From NCBI GenBank assembly GCA_030635055.1, contig DAOVZN010000003.1, positions 4,121 through 68,120 of the forward strand: a DNA stretch of 64,000 nt, in the 5' to 3' direction. Below are positions 47,063-55,511 of the stretch, piece by piece. This DNA is from a bacterium (GTDB lineage Bacteria > Patescibacteriota > Minisyncoccia > Minisyncoccales > JAGLPU01). Within the stretch, counting starts at the first letter, position 1. Each line of letters starts with the position of its first letter. A program made the position numbers and the translations under genes. The notes under the pieces are model-generated. The model was not told the DNA's origin. It worked only from the letters and a program-made list of their open reading frames with translations, and searched no databases.

Positions 47063-49063
47063 TTAGAATCCGACATCTTCCACGGGGAGAATTTCCACCG
47101 TACCAATATTGTCTTTTATTTGAACCTCTATCTCCAGAGACGGAGTTTTAACAGCTTCATCTGTCTTATATTGAGCTCCACATTCTCCTCGGTAAAACTC
47201 CCATGCGTCACAAACATCTCCGTTACTGAAAATGCACATGCCTCTCACTGCTCCTGTTGAATCAGTTTTCGTCTTATAGTTATAACCTAACTTTTGGCAA
47301 TAAACGGCAGAAGGACTAGCTAAACCAACTTCCGGTTTTACTGACGGTTCTTCCATAATCGGCTTATTGATTGTCGGCTTTTCTACTGGCATTTCTCCTT
47401 GCTCACAAGCCCCTCTGTAACGAATCTTTATTCCTGCCGCCCTAGCGTGGCAGTCGTTAGAATAGGTTTTTCCATTTTCACCGCAGACAGGAGCCCATAT
47501 TTCTATACAGCCAGTTTCCGGAGAGGGGTTAACTTCATTTAAGAGCTCAGGCCGATATCTCCTTAATTCCGATGCCACATCCTCTCCTTGAATTTTATCT
47601 ATAATAACTCTTAATCTTGTTTCGTCTGTTATATTTCCGATCTTCCTTTCCAGCTTCTCGGCATGAACTTCTAGAAATTGACCTGTCATTTGCGGAGACA
47701 AACTAATGCCTTGTATGATAGTCATTCCTTCCGGAGTATCTCCTGTCAGCATATCAATCTTCAAACGCAATTCTTTCTCATTAGTAATCCCTTCTATTTC
47801 ATTCTTCATTCCGTCTATTACTTTGTATTTCAACTCCTTTAAAAATTCAACGTTACTAACGCTTTGGATCTCTTCCAAAGCTCTCATTTGTTTAACATCG
47901 TAATATTTTTCCGCTTCTTTCAAAATCACTTCTCTTCTTTCCAGAGTATCGGCCGAATCAATTTTTATCTTTATTTTTTCTATTAATCCTTCTTTTACCA
48001 TCAAAACTCCTCCTATCACTTCTGGAGAGAGGTTGCTTTCCAACTCGTTAACAATCCTTAAATTTTCCAATTTGTCTTTACCAAGATGTTCTAAGAAAAC
48101 TTCCTGGTTCTCTTTTGTTCCAAGCTCTTTCATTTTCTTTTCAATTTTAGAAAAGGTTTCTTCTTTGACCGCCTCTAGTTGAATCCTGACTTCTTCGGGC
48201 ATTTCTTTCGCTTCAAATTTATGGATAATTTCCAAATGGCGGACTTCGTTTCCACCAATGTTTCCTACATAATCCTTAAATTTTTCTCTGTCTTCCGGAG
48301 ACATTAGTTCCAAATCTCCGTGTAGTCTTTTTAAAGAATTTTCCTGAGCTAACTGAATAGCTTCCTTGGCCTGCTCCGGGACCTTGTCTTCCAGGGCTTG
48401 CAAAACCTCCAAGTTTTTAAAATGCTTAAATTGACTGCCGGACTGTTCATCGGTAATTTCAATAATTTTATCTTTTAAAACTTCCGGGGAAACAAGTTCT
48501 GAGCTTACAGATGAAAGAACATCCATATTCCTTTTTCTTATTCTTTCCATCGCATCTAAAGCTTCTTCAGGAAGTTCTTTTTCCAGCTGGCCGAATAGTT
48601 TTTGATGCCTAAAATTATGGTCAATGAACTTGTCCACAAATTTGTCCGCTTTTGCTTCATCCGTGATCCCATCAACGGCTCCCTCTAAACGGGTTAGTTC
48701 ATCTTGATAATTATTAAAGGCTTTATCAAGGGACTCAGTGTCATTGGGTTTGATCTCAGCAAGTTTTTTCAGTTCAACTAATTTTTGATCAGCGAATTTT
48801 TGCTTCAATTCAGCCTTTTTAACCGGATCAAAAGTAAAAAATGACTCTATCCCACGGATAGCGCTTTTCAAAAAATAAAAAGGATTGTCAGCTAGAATTG
48901 TTGGTTCGCCAACTCCCAAATCACTCGCGCTTATATCTTCGTCAAGATTCACGGCTGCGATTACATCCGCAGAAACAGATGTGTCTTGAGCAAAAACGCT
49001 TGCTCCAGTGAATATCGCTCCAAAAGCGATCAATATTATGAGAAACTTGTTTACAAAAGACAT
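47063..49063 (-). CDS. secreted protein: DUF5667-like helical region + Kazal domain + DUF333-like domain
   Basis: Signal peptide; ILADNPFYFLK...FTFDPVKKAE; CIEIWAPVCGENGKTYSNDCHA...YRGAC; ASPSAVYC..LGY...GMCIFSNG.VCDAWEFYRGEC. Confidence 0.85.
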   Translation of the reverse strand: MSFVNKFLIILIAFGAIFTGASVFAQDTSVSADVIAAVNLDEDISASDLGVGEPTILADNPFYFLKSAIRGIESFFTFDPVKKAELKQKFADQKLVELKKLAEIKPNDTESLDKAFNNYQDELTRLEGAVDGITDEAKADKFVDKFIDHNFRHQKLFGQLEKELPEEALDAMERIRKRNMDVLSSVSSELVSPEVLKDKIIEITDEQSGSQFKHFKNLEVLQALEDKVPEQAKEAIQLAQENSLKRLHGDLELMSPEDREKFKDYVGNIGGNEVRHLEIIHKFEAKEMPEEVRIQLEAVKEETFSKIEKKMKELGTKENQEVFLEHLGKDKLENLRIVNELESNLSPEVIGGVLMVKEGLIEKIKIKIDSADTLERREVILKEAEKYYDVKQMRALEEIQSVSNVEFLKELKYKVIDGMKNEIEGITNEKELRLKIDMLTGDTPEGMTIIQGISLSPQMTGQFLEVHAEKLERKIGNITDETRLRVIIDKIQGEDVASELRRYRPELLNEVNPSPETGCIEIWAPVCGENGKTYSNDCHARAAGIKIRYRGACEQGEMPVEKPTINKPIMEEPSVKPEVGLASPSAVYCQKLGYNYKTKTDSTGAVRGMCIFSNGDVCDAWEFYRGECGAQYKTDEAVKTPSLEIEVQIKDNIGTVEILPVEDVGF

Positions 49064-49214
49064 GGATAAAATTTCGAATTTCTAATTTAGACTTGTGCTA
49101 AACTTGGTTTAGCACAGCTATTAAAAATTAAGAATTATTAATTATTACTTTATTTTACTTCTTTTTTTTAAAAAAAACAATAAATTGACAAAGGTTTCAG
49201 GGGTGCTATATATT

Positions 49215-49359
49215 AGATGAAGAACATTTTTGTTCTTTGAAAACTTTTTCTGTAAGAACTGGAGAAATGCCTGATGGTCATGGGAAGCCGGACGCCGCAT
49301 CTATTTCTCTTCCCCTGACCTTACTTTATATGGACAGCTATGCTGTCCTCTTTTTTTTT
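49215..49359 (+). ncRNA. candidate small RNA with own promoter, boxA and terminator
   Basis: TTGACA (49185)...TG-n-TATATA; TGTTCTTTGAAA (49231); stem GGTCA.GGGAAG/CTTCCC.TGACC; terminator GGACAGC-TAT-GCTGTCC-TC-T9. Confidence 0.55.
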
Positions 49360-49425
49360 GACAAAACTATTAGAATTATGTAAAAACAACCCAGTTAGTA
49401 TTTTAAAAAAATAAAGGTGATGCAG

Positions 49426-49692
49426 ATGGGTAAAAAAGATAAAGTAGATGATGTGATAAGGCTAATAAGAATCAATGAAGAGTTAGAAGCAAAAGAAGTG
49501 GGGCTGGCAATCCATAAACGGAAAGGTTCTTCAATAGGGGGATTTTCCGCAAACCTTTCCGACCTTATGGCTAAAAAAATAGGGATATTAACAGATATGA
49601 TAAAATACTCTACCCGTCGCCCTCTTAGCGATGAAGCTGCGGCAAGCCTAGTTGAGGCTTTTAAAGAAGAATTAATGGCGAAAATAAAATAG
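49426..49692 (+). CDS. orphan protein (cassette J)
   Basis: TTGACA (49358)-17-TAAAAA; AAGGTGATGCAG-ATG; terminator AGCGGC-AATA-GCCGCT-T-run at 49691-49713. Confidence 0.7.
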   Translation: MGKKDKVDDVIRLIRINEELEAKEVGLAIHKRKGSSIGGFSANLSDLMAKKIGILTDMIKYSTRRPLSDEAAASLVEAFKEELMAKIK

Positions 49693-49711
49693 CGGCAATA
49701 GCCGCTTTTTT

Positions 49712-52700
49712 TTATACTTCTTTTATTAATTCCTGAATATCATTGCAAATAACCTTTGGCTCTCCTGAACGGTTGTCCACCCGGCCTTTGACTATCACCA
49801 CTTTATTTTCCTGAAATGTCTCCTGGTTTTGAGCCGTTACTGTGGGAAAAACCACCAGTTCCACTTTGTCTGTGTAATCTTCCAATTTAACAAAAAGCAT
49901 TGGCTGGCCTTTTTTAGTGATCACTTTCTTAATGCCGGAAATAATGCCCCCGACTTTTACTGTCCGTCCGCTAACGCTTAGGGCAACCCTGTTTAAAGAC
50001 AAGGTTTTTTTTGTTAAAATTGTTTTGAATTCTTCCAAAGGATGGCTGCTGATATACAAACCGAGCAATTCCTTTTCCCAAATTAGTTTTTCGCCTTTAG
50101 AGGCTGGGGGAGCGTCTTCCAAAGTAAGCGGGCTTTCTTTAGTTTGGACACTGTCAAAAAGGCCCTTTTGACCACTCTCTTTGTTTTTCTGCTGTTCTCG
50201 GCTCCATTCCAAGAGCCTTTCCATATTAGATAGCAACTTGTTTCTTTCCTCAAATTCATCAAAAGCTCCTGTCTTGATCAAACTTTCCAATGACCTTTTA
50301 TTTAAATTTTTAGAGCCAACGCGGCCAATAAAATCAGTTATGGATTGATAAGGCCCGTTTGCTTTTCTTTCTTTAACTATTGCTTCCACTACATTCTGAC
50401 CGACATTCTTAATAGCCAGCAACCCGAAACGGATTTTGTGCTCATCGGGCACTACGGAAAAATATTTGAAACTTTCATTGATGTCCGGAGGCAGAACCGG
50501 AATCTTCATTTTTTTACATTCACTGATCAAATTGGCTATTTTTTCGGTATCGTTTTTTTCAGAGGTCAAAACCGCAGCCATAAATTCCACTGAATAATGA
50601 ACTTTTAAATAAGCGGTCCAATAGGCAATCATGGCATAGCAAGTGCTATGGCTTTTATTAAAACCATAGCGGGCAAAAGGCAAAATCCATTCCCAAAGCC
50701 GCTGGGCAACCTCTTTGCTTGTTCCTTTATTTATCGCTCCGTTGATAAACTTTTCTTTTTGCTCCAGCAGCAGTTCTATAATCTTCTTTCCAACCGCTTT
50801 TCTTAAAATATCAGCTTCAGACAAAGAAAATCCGGCTACCTTTTGGGCGATCTTCATTAACTGTTCCTGATAAACCATAATTCCGTAAGTGTTCTCTAAA
50901 ATCGGCTTTAATTCCGGGTGTATATACCTTATTGTCGTTGGATTGGCCTTTCCTTTAATGTATTGGGGCAGAAACTCCATTGGGCCGGGGCGGTAAAGAG
51001 CCACCATTGCAATAACGTCCTCAAACTTTGTCGGCTTCAATTGTTTTAAATATCTTTTCATGCCGTCGGATTCCAATTGAAAAACCGAAGTTGTCATTCC
51101 TTCTTGAAACAACCTATATGTTTTTTTATCATCCAAAGGAATATCTTCTATTTTCAATGACTTATTCCGCACTTTATAAATCCTGGTCAGAGTATCTTCA
51201 ATAATGGTTAAGTTCTTTAATCCCAACAGATCCATTTTCAATAGCCCCAGGTCTTCAATTGAGTGCATCTCATATTGAGTGACAATACTGCCGTCGTCCT
51301 GTGTGGGATGCTGCAATGGCACGGATTCAGTCAGAGGATCTTGGGAGATCACCAAGCCGCAAGCATGAGTTGAAGCATGACGCACCACGCCTTCCAATTT
51401 TTTTCCCAAATCAATAAGTCTCTTTGCCTGGTCGTCCATTTTGTAAAGCTGGCTAAATTCAGGCACCTCTTTAATGGTCTGATCCAGATTAAAACCAAAT
51501 GGAACCATTTTGGCGATTTGGTCGCAATATTGGTAAGAATAGCCCAAAGCCCGGCCCACATCCCTAATTACCGCTCTCGCTGCCATGGTTCCGAAAGTAA
51601 TAATCTGAGCTACTTTGTCGTGTCCGTATTTGTCCCTGATATAGTTGATAACCTCATCCCTTCTCCAGTCAGTGAAATCAAGATCAATATCAGGCATGGA
51701 AATTCTTTCCGGATTCAAAAATCTTTCAAACAGCAAATCATATTTTATCGGATCAACATCTGTAATGTTTAAAAGATAAGAAACTAAAGACCCGGCAGCC
51801 GAACCCCTTCCAGGACCCACAACAATACGATTCTCTTTTGACCAATTAACAAAATCCTGCACAATAAGGAAGTACGAAGCAAAACCTGTTTTTTGAATGA
51901 TTGAAAGTTCGTATTCCAACCGTTCAATAGCTTGGATGTCCTTTTTGGGATAGCGTTTTTTTAATCCCTGCTCACATAATTTTTTTAAATATTTTTCCGG
52001 AGTGGTTTTGTCCGGAACAGTAAAAAAGGGAAGTTTGGTCTTTCCCAGTTGAAATTCAACATTGCAGGCAGCCGCTATTTTCTGGGTATTTTCTATCGCT
52101 TGAGGAACATCTTTAAAAAGCTTGACCATTTTTTCCGGGCTTTTCACAGAAAAATCTTCATTTATCATCGTCAGCCTTTGCGGATTATTAATATCAGCTC
52201 CTGTGTTAATAAGCATTAAAATATCTTGAGCTTCAGCATCATCAGAGTTTAAATAATGGGCATCACAAGTGGCCACCAAAGGAATATTCAATTCCTTGGA
52301 AAAACTTATCAAAGCTTTATTCACCTTGTCTTGTTCCGGTATATTTGGATGGTTCTGTATTTCCAAATAAAAGTTGTCCGGGCCGAAAATCTTTTGAAAT
52401 TCCAAAGCTTCTTTCTTTGCTTCGTCTATTTTGCCGGAGAGAATCAGCTTAGGAATCTTTCCCTGAACACAGGCTGTCAGCCCGATAAGCCCGGCTGAAT
52501 GCTTGGCCAGCAACTCTTTGTCAATTCTGGGCTTGTAATAAAAGCCTTCCAAATTGGCCTTGGTCACCAATTTCACCAAATTCTTGTATCCCTCTTGATT
52601 TTTTGCCAACAAAACGAAATGATAACTCTTGTTATCAACATTAGGCCTTTTCTGGTCCATTCTTTCCAAAGCCAAATAGACTTCACAGCCGATAATCGGC

Positions 52701-52882
52701 TTTATTCCCTGAGCCTTGGCTGCTTTATAGAACTCAATTGCGCCGTATAAATTGCCATGATCGGTCAAGGCCACGGAATCCATACCAAGCTTTTTAACAT
52801 GGTCTATAAGGAGATTTATTTTAGGCAGGCCATCAAGCAGAGAGTAGTGGCTATGCACATGAAGGTGTGTAAATTTTGCCAT
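49712..52882 (-). CDS. dnaE: DNA polymerase III alpha subunit
   Basis: HLHVHSHYSLLDG; GPGRGSAAGS; PDIDLDF; LLKMDLLGL; YGFNKSHS; no intein seen. Confidence 0.98.
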   Translation of the reverse strand: MAKFTHLHVHSHYSLLDGLPKINLLIDHVKKLGMDSVALTDHGNLYGAIEFYKAAKAQGIKPIIGCEVYLALERMDQKRPNVDNKSYHFVLLAKNQEGYKNLVKLVTKANLEGFYYKPRIDKELLAKHSAGLIGLTACVQGKIPKLILSGKIDEAKKEALEFQKIFGPDNFYLEIQNHPNIPEQDKVNKALISFSKELNIPLVATCDAHYLNSDDAEAQDILMLINTGADINNPQRLTMINEDFSVKSPEKMVKLFKDVPQAIENTQKIAAACNVEFQLGKTKLPFFTVPDKTTPEKYLKKLCEQGLKKRYPKKDIQAIERLEYELSIIQKTGFASYFLIVQDFVNWSKENRIVVGPGRGSAAGSLVSYLLNITDVDPIKYDLLFERFLNPERISMPDIDLDFTDWRRDEVINYIRDKYGHDKVAQIITFGTMAARAVIRDVGRALGYSYQYCDQIAKMVPFGFNLDQTIKEVPEFSQLYKMDDQAKRLIDLGKKLEGVVRHASTHACGLVISQDPLTESVPLQHPTQDDGSIVTQYEMHSIEDLGLLKMDLLGLKNLTIIEDTLTRIYKVRNKSLKIEDIPLDDKKTYRLFQEGMTTSVFQLESDGMKRYLKQLKPTKFEDVIAMVALYRPGPMEFLPQYIKGKANPTTIRYIHPELKPILENTYGIMVYQEQLMKIAQKVAGFSLSEADILRKAVGKKIIELLLEQKEKFINGAINKGTSKEVAQRLWEWILPFARYGFNKSHSTCYAMIAYWTAYLKVHYSVEFMAAVLTSEKNDTEKIANLISECKKMKIPVLPPDINESFKYFSVVPDEHKIRFGLLAIKNVGQNVVEAIVKERKANGPYQSITDFIGRVGSKNLNKRSLESLIKTGAFDEFEERNKLLSNMERLLEWSREQQKNKESGQKGLFDSVQTKESPLTLEDAPPASKGEKLIWEKELLGLYISSHPLEEFKTILTKKTLSLNRVALSVSGRTVKVGGIISGIKKVITKKGQPMLFVKLEDYTDKVELVVFPTVTAQNQETFQENKVVIVKGRVDNRSGEPKVICNDIQELIKEV

Positions 52883-52925
52883 ATATTGTGTTATTATACT
52901 TTTAGCAGCTTTTTTTTACAAGCGC

Positions 52926-53534
52926 ATGATAAATTTTAAAGAAGAAAAAAAATTAAGAAAGAAGCATAAACATATTGCCGGACTGGATGAAGCAGGCCGG
53001 GGACCAATCGCGGGCCCGGTTGTTGCGGCAGCGGTTGTTGTCCAGAATTATCCGCCGGCTGATTTTCCATGGAAGGAGATCAGAGATTCCAAGAAACTGT
53101 CAGCGAAAAGAAGAGAAGTGCTTTGCCAGCTTCTTACTCATCATCCGGAAATAGAATGGGGGATAGGCAAGGTGTCAGAAAAGATAATAGACAAGATCAA
53201 TATCCTTCAGGCCTCTAAACTGGCCATGGAGAAAGCGATAAAGAACCTGAAAAAAGTTGACTTCCTGCTCTTGGATGGAAACTTTAAAATAAACTCAAAA
53301 ATTCCCCAAAAATCAATAATCAAAGGAGATGACAAAGTTTTTTCCATTGCCGCGGCTTCCATAATCGCCAAAGTAAAACGGGACGCAATAATGAAAAAAA
53401 TGGATAAGAAATATCCCGGATACGGACTTAGTAAGCATAAAGGCTATCCCACCAAGCACCATAAAAAAATGCTTAAAAAACACGGTTCTTGCAAAATCCA
53501 CCGCCAAAGCTTCAAACCGGTTAAACAAGATTAA
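52926..53534 (+). CDS. rnhB: ribonuclease HII
   Basis: GLDEAGRGPIAGPVVAAA; DSKKLS; KGDD...IAAASIIAKV.RD; HKGYPT; HRQSF. Confidence 0.98.
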   Translation: MINFKEEKKLRKKHKHIAGLDEAGRGPIAGPVVAAAVVVQNYPPADFPWKEIRDSKKLSAKRREVLCQLLTHHPEIEWGIGKVSEKIIDKINILQASKLAMEKAIKNLKKVDFLLLDGNFKINSKIPQKSIIKGDDKVFSIAAASIIAKVKRDAIMKKMDKKYPGYGLSKHKGYPTKHHKKMLKKHGSCKIHRQSFKPVKQD

Positions 53535-53537
53535 CCC

Positions 53538-53636
53538 TTGACAAATCAATATAGTTTGTTATAATACTAATAGTTCTTTGACATACAATTCAATACAGAA
53601 ATCAAAGAAGCTAAATAATGATTGGTGATAGAAATG
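53538..53636 (+). repeat. promoter/boxA/hairpin/SD leader, copy 1 of 3
   Basis: TTGACA-16-TATAAT; AGTTCTTTGACATACAATTCAATACAGAAATCAAAGAA; TTGGTGATAGAA-ATG. Confidence 0.93.
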
Positions 53637-53939
53637 GCAGGAGAAGAACAAAGCAATAAAGAAATTAAAGATGAAGTAAGAAATTTCTTTAAGTTAAAAG
53701 ATGAGAAAAGAAAGAAGAAAAAAATAAAAAGAGAAAAGGCACTCGACTCTTTAAGAATAGCTTGCGCGAAGAAAGGAGATATCGCTGCCACAATTGAAAA
53801 TGCAAAGATTGGAGCTCCGGAGACAACAGTCAAACTCTTAAAAATAGTTGACTTGGAGAAAAACATTGATGGCTATACGTTGGGAGGAAAGAAGTTGACA
53901 GTAGCTGAGATAAAAGAGCTTACCGAGGCAATAAAATAA
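53634..53939 (+). CDS. orphan protein (cassette K)
   Basis: 101-aa ORF from ATG after GGTGA; terminator 53951-53996. Confidence 0.7.
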   Translation: MAGEEQSNKEIKDEVRNFFKLKDEKRKKKKIKREKALDSLRIACAKKGDIAATIENAKIGAPETTVKLLKIVDLEKNIDGYTLGGKKLTVAEIKELTEAIK

Positions 53940-54080
53940 AAAAATGATTCCGAGTGGCGATGATAAGATATTTATCTTTCGTCGCTCGTTTTTTTTATCC
54001 CCTAAAAAAACACGATCATTCGTGTTTTAAACTTTGTTCGCCGGCTTTATAATAAAACCCAAATTCACACTCTCACCCCC

Positions 54081-54177
54081 TTGACAAATCTATATAGTCT
54101 GCTATAATACTAATAGTTCTTTGACATACAATTCAATACAGAAATCAAAGAAACTAAATATTTTGGTGATAGATATG
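54081..54177 (+). repeat. promoter/boxA/hairpin/SD leader, copy 2 of 3
   Basis: Near-identical to 53538-53636. Confidence 0.93.
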
Positions 54178-54414
54178 GTTAAAGAAATAGGAGAAAAAGA
54201 TGCTCGGAAATTATTGGATCAAAAACCAACTAACTCTGACCTGCGCCGTATAATTCAATACGTAGAACCACTCAGAGAAGAAGCTGGAAAGAAATTATGG
54301 AATCAAGAAGGGCCAATAAGCGATAGGGATCTACATTGTATTATTGAATATGTAGATTCTCTCAGAGATATGGCAAAAAACCATTCCTGGTATAAAAAAA
54401 GAGAAAGGGTGTAA
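54175..54414 (+). CDS. small helical-repeat protein (cassette L)
   Basis: 79 aa with two internal repeats: LLDQKPTNSDLRRIIQYVEPLREEA / LWNQEGPISDRDLHCIIEYVDSLRDMA. Confidence 0.7.
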   Translation: MVKEIGEKDARKLLDQKPTNSDLRRIIQYVEPLREEAGKKLWNQEGPISDRDLHCIIEYVDSLRDMAKNHSWYKKRERV

Positions 54415-54620
54415 ATTGCACTGATTTCTCTTCATACACAAGCGGAAACAATGGTGAAAAAACGAGAAGGGAAATAACTTCTCAAAATAGCGGTAAAAGA
54501 AATTTATTTCTTTTACCGCTCACACTTTTTTACACACGCTCAATTGCGTGCTTAAACTTTGTCTACCGCAGATATTGCAAATTAAACCGCGAAAGTTTTA
54601 ACCGGTTAAATCAAATAAAG

Positions 54621-54688
54621 AACGCATATGACACGGGCGTGTCATATGCGTTACTTGACTTTTCTTGCGGTCGCAAGAAAAGTCAAGT
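54621..54688. repeat. two abutting perfect palindromes
   Basis: AACGCATATGACACG-GG-CGTGTCATATGCGTT directly followed by ACTTGACTTTTCTTGCG-GT-CGCAAGAAAAGTCAAGT. Confidence 0.9.
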
Positions 54689-54768
54689 TCTATTTCAGAC
54701 TAATTAAAATTCTAGAAAAGGACGAGACCCGACCTCCTTCATTCTTTTGCATTAGACAATCCCAACCC

Positions 54769-54866
54769 TTGACAAATTGATATCGTTTGTTATAATATCA
54801 ATAGTTCTTTGACATACAACTTAATACAGAAATCAAAGAAACTAACTATGCTTGGTGATGAAAGTG
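54769..54866 (+). repeat. promoter/boxA/hairpin/SD leader, copy 3 of 3
   Basis: TTGACA-16-TATAAT; AGTTCTTTGACATACAACTTAATACAGAAATCAAAGAAACTA; TTGGTGATGAAA-GTG. Confidence 0.93.
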
Positions 54867-55070
54867 GCAGGAAATGAAAATAAAGACGAAAAGATAGAAG
54901 TTGAAGCGCCGATACCTCAACAAATCAGAGTACTGAAAGATAAATTGGCCAGACTAGGATTTAAAAGATCCGCTAAAATAGGAGAAAAATTAAGGGAAGC
55001 GAGTATAAGTCTAAAAGTTCTCCGTATGTTGGTGGTAGAAGCTGAAATTGAACTAGAATCCAGGAAATAA
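54864..55070 (+). CDS. orphan small protein (cassette M)
   Basis: 68-aa ORF from GTG after GGTGA; hairpin 55077-55099 follows. Confidence 0.65.
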   Translation: MAGNENKDEKIEVEAPIPQQIRVLKDKLARLGFKRSAKIGEKLREASISLKVLRMLVVEAEIELESRK

Positions 55071-55225
55071 AAAAAAATGGGAAGATTTATTTCTTCCATA
55101 ATTTTTTATCTCATTTTAAAAAAGACACTTAACTGTGTCTTTAATTTTTACTCAGAGATATTGCAAATTAAACCGCAATATGTTATTAAAAAAACAATTA
55201 TAAATTACTATAAAGATATTTTATT

Positions 55226-55510
55226 ATGGCAGTTCCAAAACAACGACACACTAAATCCAGGAGAAATAAACGCCGGATGCATCTTTTTATAGAGCCGGCT
55301 GCTTTGATTTCCTGTCCTAAATGCGGAAAACCGGTTTTACCTCATACTGCTTGCAAAAACTGCGGCTATTACAAAAGCAGAGAAATAATTGATGTTATGA
55401 AAAAGCTGAATAAGAAGGAGAAGAAGCTTAAAGAAAAAGAAATGGCCAACCAGGAAAAAGAGCAAGAAGAAAAGAAACCGTTAACTGCGGAAAGACTATC
55501 ACAAAAATAA
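55226..55510 (+). CDS. rpmF: 50S ribosomal protein L32 with C-terminal extension
   Basis: [35 protein letters not shown]. Confidence 0.97.
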   Translation: MAVPKQRHTKSRRNKRRMHLFIEPAALISCPKCGKPVLPHTACKNCGYYKSREIIDVMKKLNKKEKKLKEKEMANQEKEQEEKKPLTAERLSQK

Positions 55511-55511
55511 T

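Noticed and set aside
49267..49383. 38-aa ORF MPDGHGKPD...
   Set aside because: The SD-like GGAG is only 2 nt from the ATG, and the frame runs through a strong terminator and the next promoter.
53538..54866. CRISPR array
   Set aside because: Repeats are ~100-bp promoter/leader units separated by 450-600-bp ORF-containing spacers, and no cas genes are present.
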